This document shows, piece by piece, positions 34,666-38,168 of a stretch of DNA of 38,168 nt. A model generated the notes under the pieces. That model was not told where the DNA came from. It worked only from the letters and a program-made list of their open reading frames with translations, and did no database searches. Both the position numbers and the translations under genes were made by a program. Source of the stretch: Octopus bimaculoides (Eukaryota); the NCBI RefSeq assembly GCF_001194135.2, contig NC_068986.1, forward strand, positions 107,463,195-107,501,362, given 5' to 3'. Every line of letters begins with the position of its first letter. The first letter of the stretch is position 1.

Positions 34666-34759
34666 ACTCTGTAACTTTTGTCAGTTATATTAATACAATA
34701 TTTTCCGTTCTATTTTCCTCAAACCACTCTCTCCCTGTACCACGCACACATACATAGAG

Positions 34760-34808
34760 TCACTACTGATGAGCTTTAATTTTAAGCGAAGCTAGACTAG
34801 TATAGTGA
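34760..34808 (+). ncRNA. Type I hammerhead ribozyme motif (A15.1 to G variant)
   Basis: Stem I TCACTA/TAGTGA (6 bp perfect), CTGATGA 34766-34772, stem II GCTT/AAGC with 7-nt loop, GAAG 34788-34791, stem III CTA-GAC-TAG, GUA triplet (A34802). Confidence 0.75.
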
Positions 34809-34998
34809 TCTCGCTCGCTGTGGAGTGGTTATCTTCCATGTCGGTGTATGGAACTGTGCTTCCTTGCACCTCTAAGGGTTTTACAACACTTATTTCAACT
34901 AATGTAGGTGCTACCTTGTCACAATTAATGACAATTGAATATTTCCAGTTTGGTTTAGTATTGCGTACAGCAGCCTTCGTTACTTTCTCTCTCATTTC

Positions 34999-35034
<36 letters not shown>

Positions 35035-35061
35035 GTCTCTCTCTCTGTATATATATATTAT

Positions 35062-35216
35062 AGGCTTATTCAGTTTCCGGTTACCAAATTCCTCCACAAA
35101 GTCTTAGTTAGCCTAGTGCTAATCGAAGAAGATGCATGCCCAAAGTGCCGAATAATGGGACTGAACCCGACACCAAACGGTTGCAAAGCGATCTTCTTAG
35201 CTACACAACCATGCCT
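35062..35216 (-). mobile_element. Family C SINE head
   Basis: Reverse complement aggcatggttgtgtagctaagaag...gggttcagtcccatt...cactttgggcatgcatcttct...ggtaaccggaaactgaa matches the head at 16516-16645. Confidence 0.7.
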
Positions 35217-37965
35217 AACGCCTATTTTTATCTGAAGGAAACATCGCCGACTTGAACAGATACAACATGCCACCAGTGTGTTCTTAGTTGTTGCAGTCAA
35301 TGCATAAACAAGTGGAACAGGTACCGTATTTCGCCTCAAACTCCAACTCTTATGCCAATGTACCTGCCTCAATTAGTGGGTTTTTATATCAACCACAAAA
35401 GCATAAATGATCAAGTTGGCCGCAGACGGCTTGAACACAGAGATAGGTAGAAAAAAACAGGGAGAGGAAGTTTATCCAACATTCTGAACCAAGTCACTAT
35501 CTTGAATCTTAGTAACAGACATGTAAAATAATATGAAATAAATTTAAATACAAAATATATGATCATAATGTACTGGCGACGCAATGCAAATAAGCGGTGG
35601 AGCATACTAAGGACAATTTTATCACACATGGCATCATTTAGCAACTACATATATACTTATGCCCACACACATAAATTCATACGCACGCGTGTGTGTGTAT
35701 GTATGTGTGTGTGTGTGTACATATATGTGTATATANNNNNNNNNNTTTATATATATATATATTTACACACACATATATATATGTATTTTTTACACATATA
35801 TATATATATATATATTAATACATATATGTCTGTTATATGTAGTAACAAAAGCAGTATTATACACACATCTGTGTATAATACTTAATATAAATGCATAGCG
35901 AAAAGGGAGAATTTACTGCACAATTTGTCCGGAAACGATATCCTTTATTGCCGTGCCTTACTTAAATGCACAACTATATTAGTAGCAGACAAACATTGGC
36001 CACCAGTGTTGGCGAGGATACTAGACATACAGTTCTGCCTCGTTTACTTTATATTTGTAGCAAGTACTCACTGGCAACCCCATGCTCAGAAAAAATGTGA
36101 GGCCTACTGACAGAGGAAAACAGAAAATCATTGGCGCTGCATATAGGCACCAGATTTGATAAAAATTTATCTTACATAACAGAAGCAACATTAGCTTAAA
36201 ATTGTCATGTATGTATCATACTTAATGTAAATGTATTACGAAAGGAGCACATGTCACGTATAAGACTTGCGTCAGCTGAGGACAATGATAAAGATACTTG
36301 GCCAAGAACCCGGCACGTCATGAATATAAAACCACCTACTCCTTAGCTACTCAAAGTTTATCAACTTCTAGTCAATGCTAGCATTTTACGACAGAGTTTT
36401 AGAAATGTAGAGGGTACATTCAGGTTTCTCTAACAGGAACTATCGGTGTTCGAATGGTGGATCAAAAGACGAGAGTAAATCTCTGAACAACATTTTAAAT
36501 TCTGTCTTATTTTTGTGTCCTAACATCTAACGGAAGATACTCATTTTGTTTTTTGTTTTTGTTTTTTTTTTGTCTTTGATTTTCTCTGGCTATATTATTT
36601 GTAAAAGATATATTAAAAGCAGTAATATTATTGAAAACTTTTCTTTCAATATATTTCAATAATACATGTACACAATCACAAACACACACACACACACATA
36701 AATACATACATATATATATATACATAAATATATATATATACAAATAAATATGTATAAATAAATATATATATATATATATATATATAAATATGTATAAATA
36801 AATATATATATATNNNNNNNNNNNNNNNNNNNNNNNNNNNNNNNNNNNNNNNNNNNNNNNNNNNNNNNNNNNNNNNNNNNNNNNNNNNNNNNNNNNNNNN
36901 NNNNNNNNNNNNNNNNNNNNNNNNNNNNNNNNNNNNNNNNNNNNNNNNNNNNNNNNNNNNNNNNNNNNNNNNNNNNNNNNNNNNNNNNNNNNNNNNNNNN
37001 NNNNNNNNNNNNNNNNNNNNNNNNNNNNNNNNNNNNNNNNNNNNNNNNNNNNNNNNNNNNNNNNNNNNNNNNNNNNNNNNNNNNNNNNNNNNNNNNNNNN
37101 NNNNNNATATATCATATATATTACTAGCGTCGTAGCTTGCTTGAAGCATAGTAATATAGAAACAAAATAAGAAAACTATTTAATGACAATTTTGCTAATA
37201 TATCTTTACATACATGTCTACATACACATATACACACACACGCGTGCGTACGCATAAACTCGTGTATATAATATACACACACACACACACATACACACAT
37301 ATTTATATAGTTTTATTAAAATTCTTATTGTTGTCTCCACATACAAATTTCTATTAACTTCATACATTACAACACTACGACCCAACAGACCAGTTTTAGA
37401 ACCATATCACATCCAATCGGGATGAATGTGCGATTGTATTTTCAAGAATTCAGCAGACTGTCTGCTTTTAATTTTACATAGGAAATTTATTCGTAAACGA
37501 GAAATTATTATCAGTTTGTCTTGAAAGCTAACTTTTTTACGACATAGCTATAAAAATAACACAAGCTGTAACAATATTTCAAGTGCGCAGGGACTATCTC
37601 TGACAAAACATTGAGTGTTATAGCGACAGACAGGCGAGAAAAGTGACTGCATCGTTTGATATCGAACGTTTTGAACTCAGTCCTGACATCTAGCGGTTAA
37701 AATTTTGCTTTTCGTTTGTTTTATTTTATTCCACGCTTACATTTGGAAAAACAAAAAATAATAATGATAATAATATTGAAAAAATCGAAATATTATTGAA
37801 ATGAAAATAATGAACAGTTTTATTAAAAATTGTATTGCGGACGTCAAATATCTGTTCATATACAACAATGCCTCAAATATATATTAAATGCCATTTTCAA
37901 GTTGTATATACGTACATACAGACATATGTTCAAGCATAGATAAATAGAGAGAGAGAGAGAGGTAC

Positions 37966-38035
<70 letters not shown>
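37966..38035. repeat. (GATA)n microsatellite
   Basis: Direct reading. Confidence 0.98.
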
Positions 38036-38168
38036 GCTTATTTGTGCATGTTTATGTTTTGTGTGAGTGCGTGTGTCTGAGTTTATAGATGAACATGAAT
38101 ACTTGCACAAACATCTAGGTTGACCACGCATTTTGAGATTGCATGCACACAGTTGGCTGTAAATAATA

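Noticed and set aside
467-37149. Long ORFs containing X runs (e.g. 467-1573, 18725-19744, 28760-29464, 36507-37115)
   Set aside because: They are open only because N gaps contain no stop codons; the real flanks are (TA)n translations.

Overview
AT-rich, microsatellite-dense eukaryotic draft-assembly sequence with 15 N-gaps, most flanked by (TA)n. The dominant tRNA-derived SINE families look like octopus SINEs (recognised from memory, not searched), so the source is probably Octopus. No host protein-coding gene, rRNA, genuine tRNA or CRISPR array could be supported; the window looks intronic or intergenic. It contains at least 12 tRNA-SINE copies or fragments and three decayed R4/Dong-like RLE LINE fragments. 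It also has an RTE LINE fragment with a clean internal inversion, a mariner transposase fragment, and a Penelope-like element (PLE) 3' end with a frameshifted GIY-YIG domain that the ORF track misses. The main unexplained signal is a high density of minimal type I hammerhead ribozyme (HHR) motifs in several unrelated small elements. These include an HHR fused behind a tRNA-like Pol III head, two elements that carry their own antisense copy of the HHR tail, and a three-copy family with a shared non-canonical core (A6 to U). All folds and alignments were done by eye and catalytic activity is untested.
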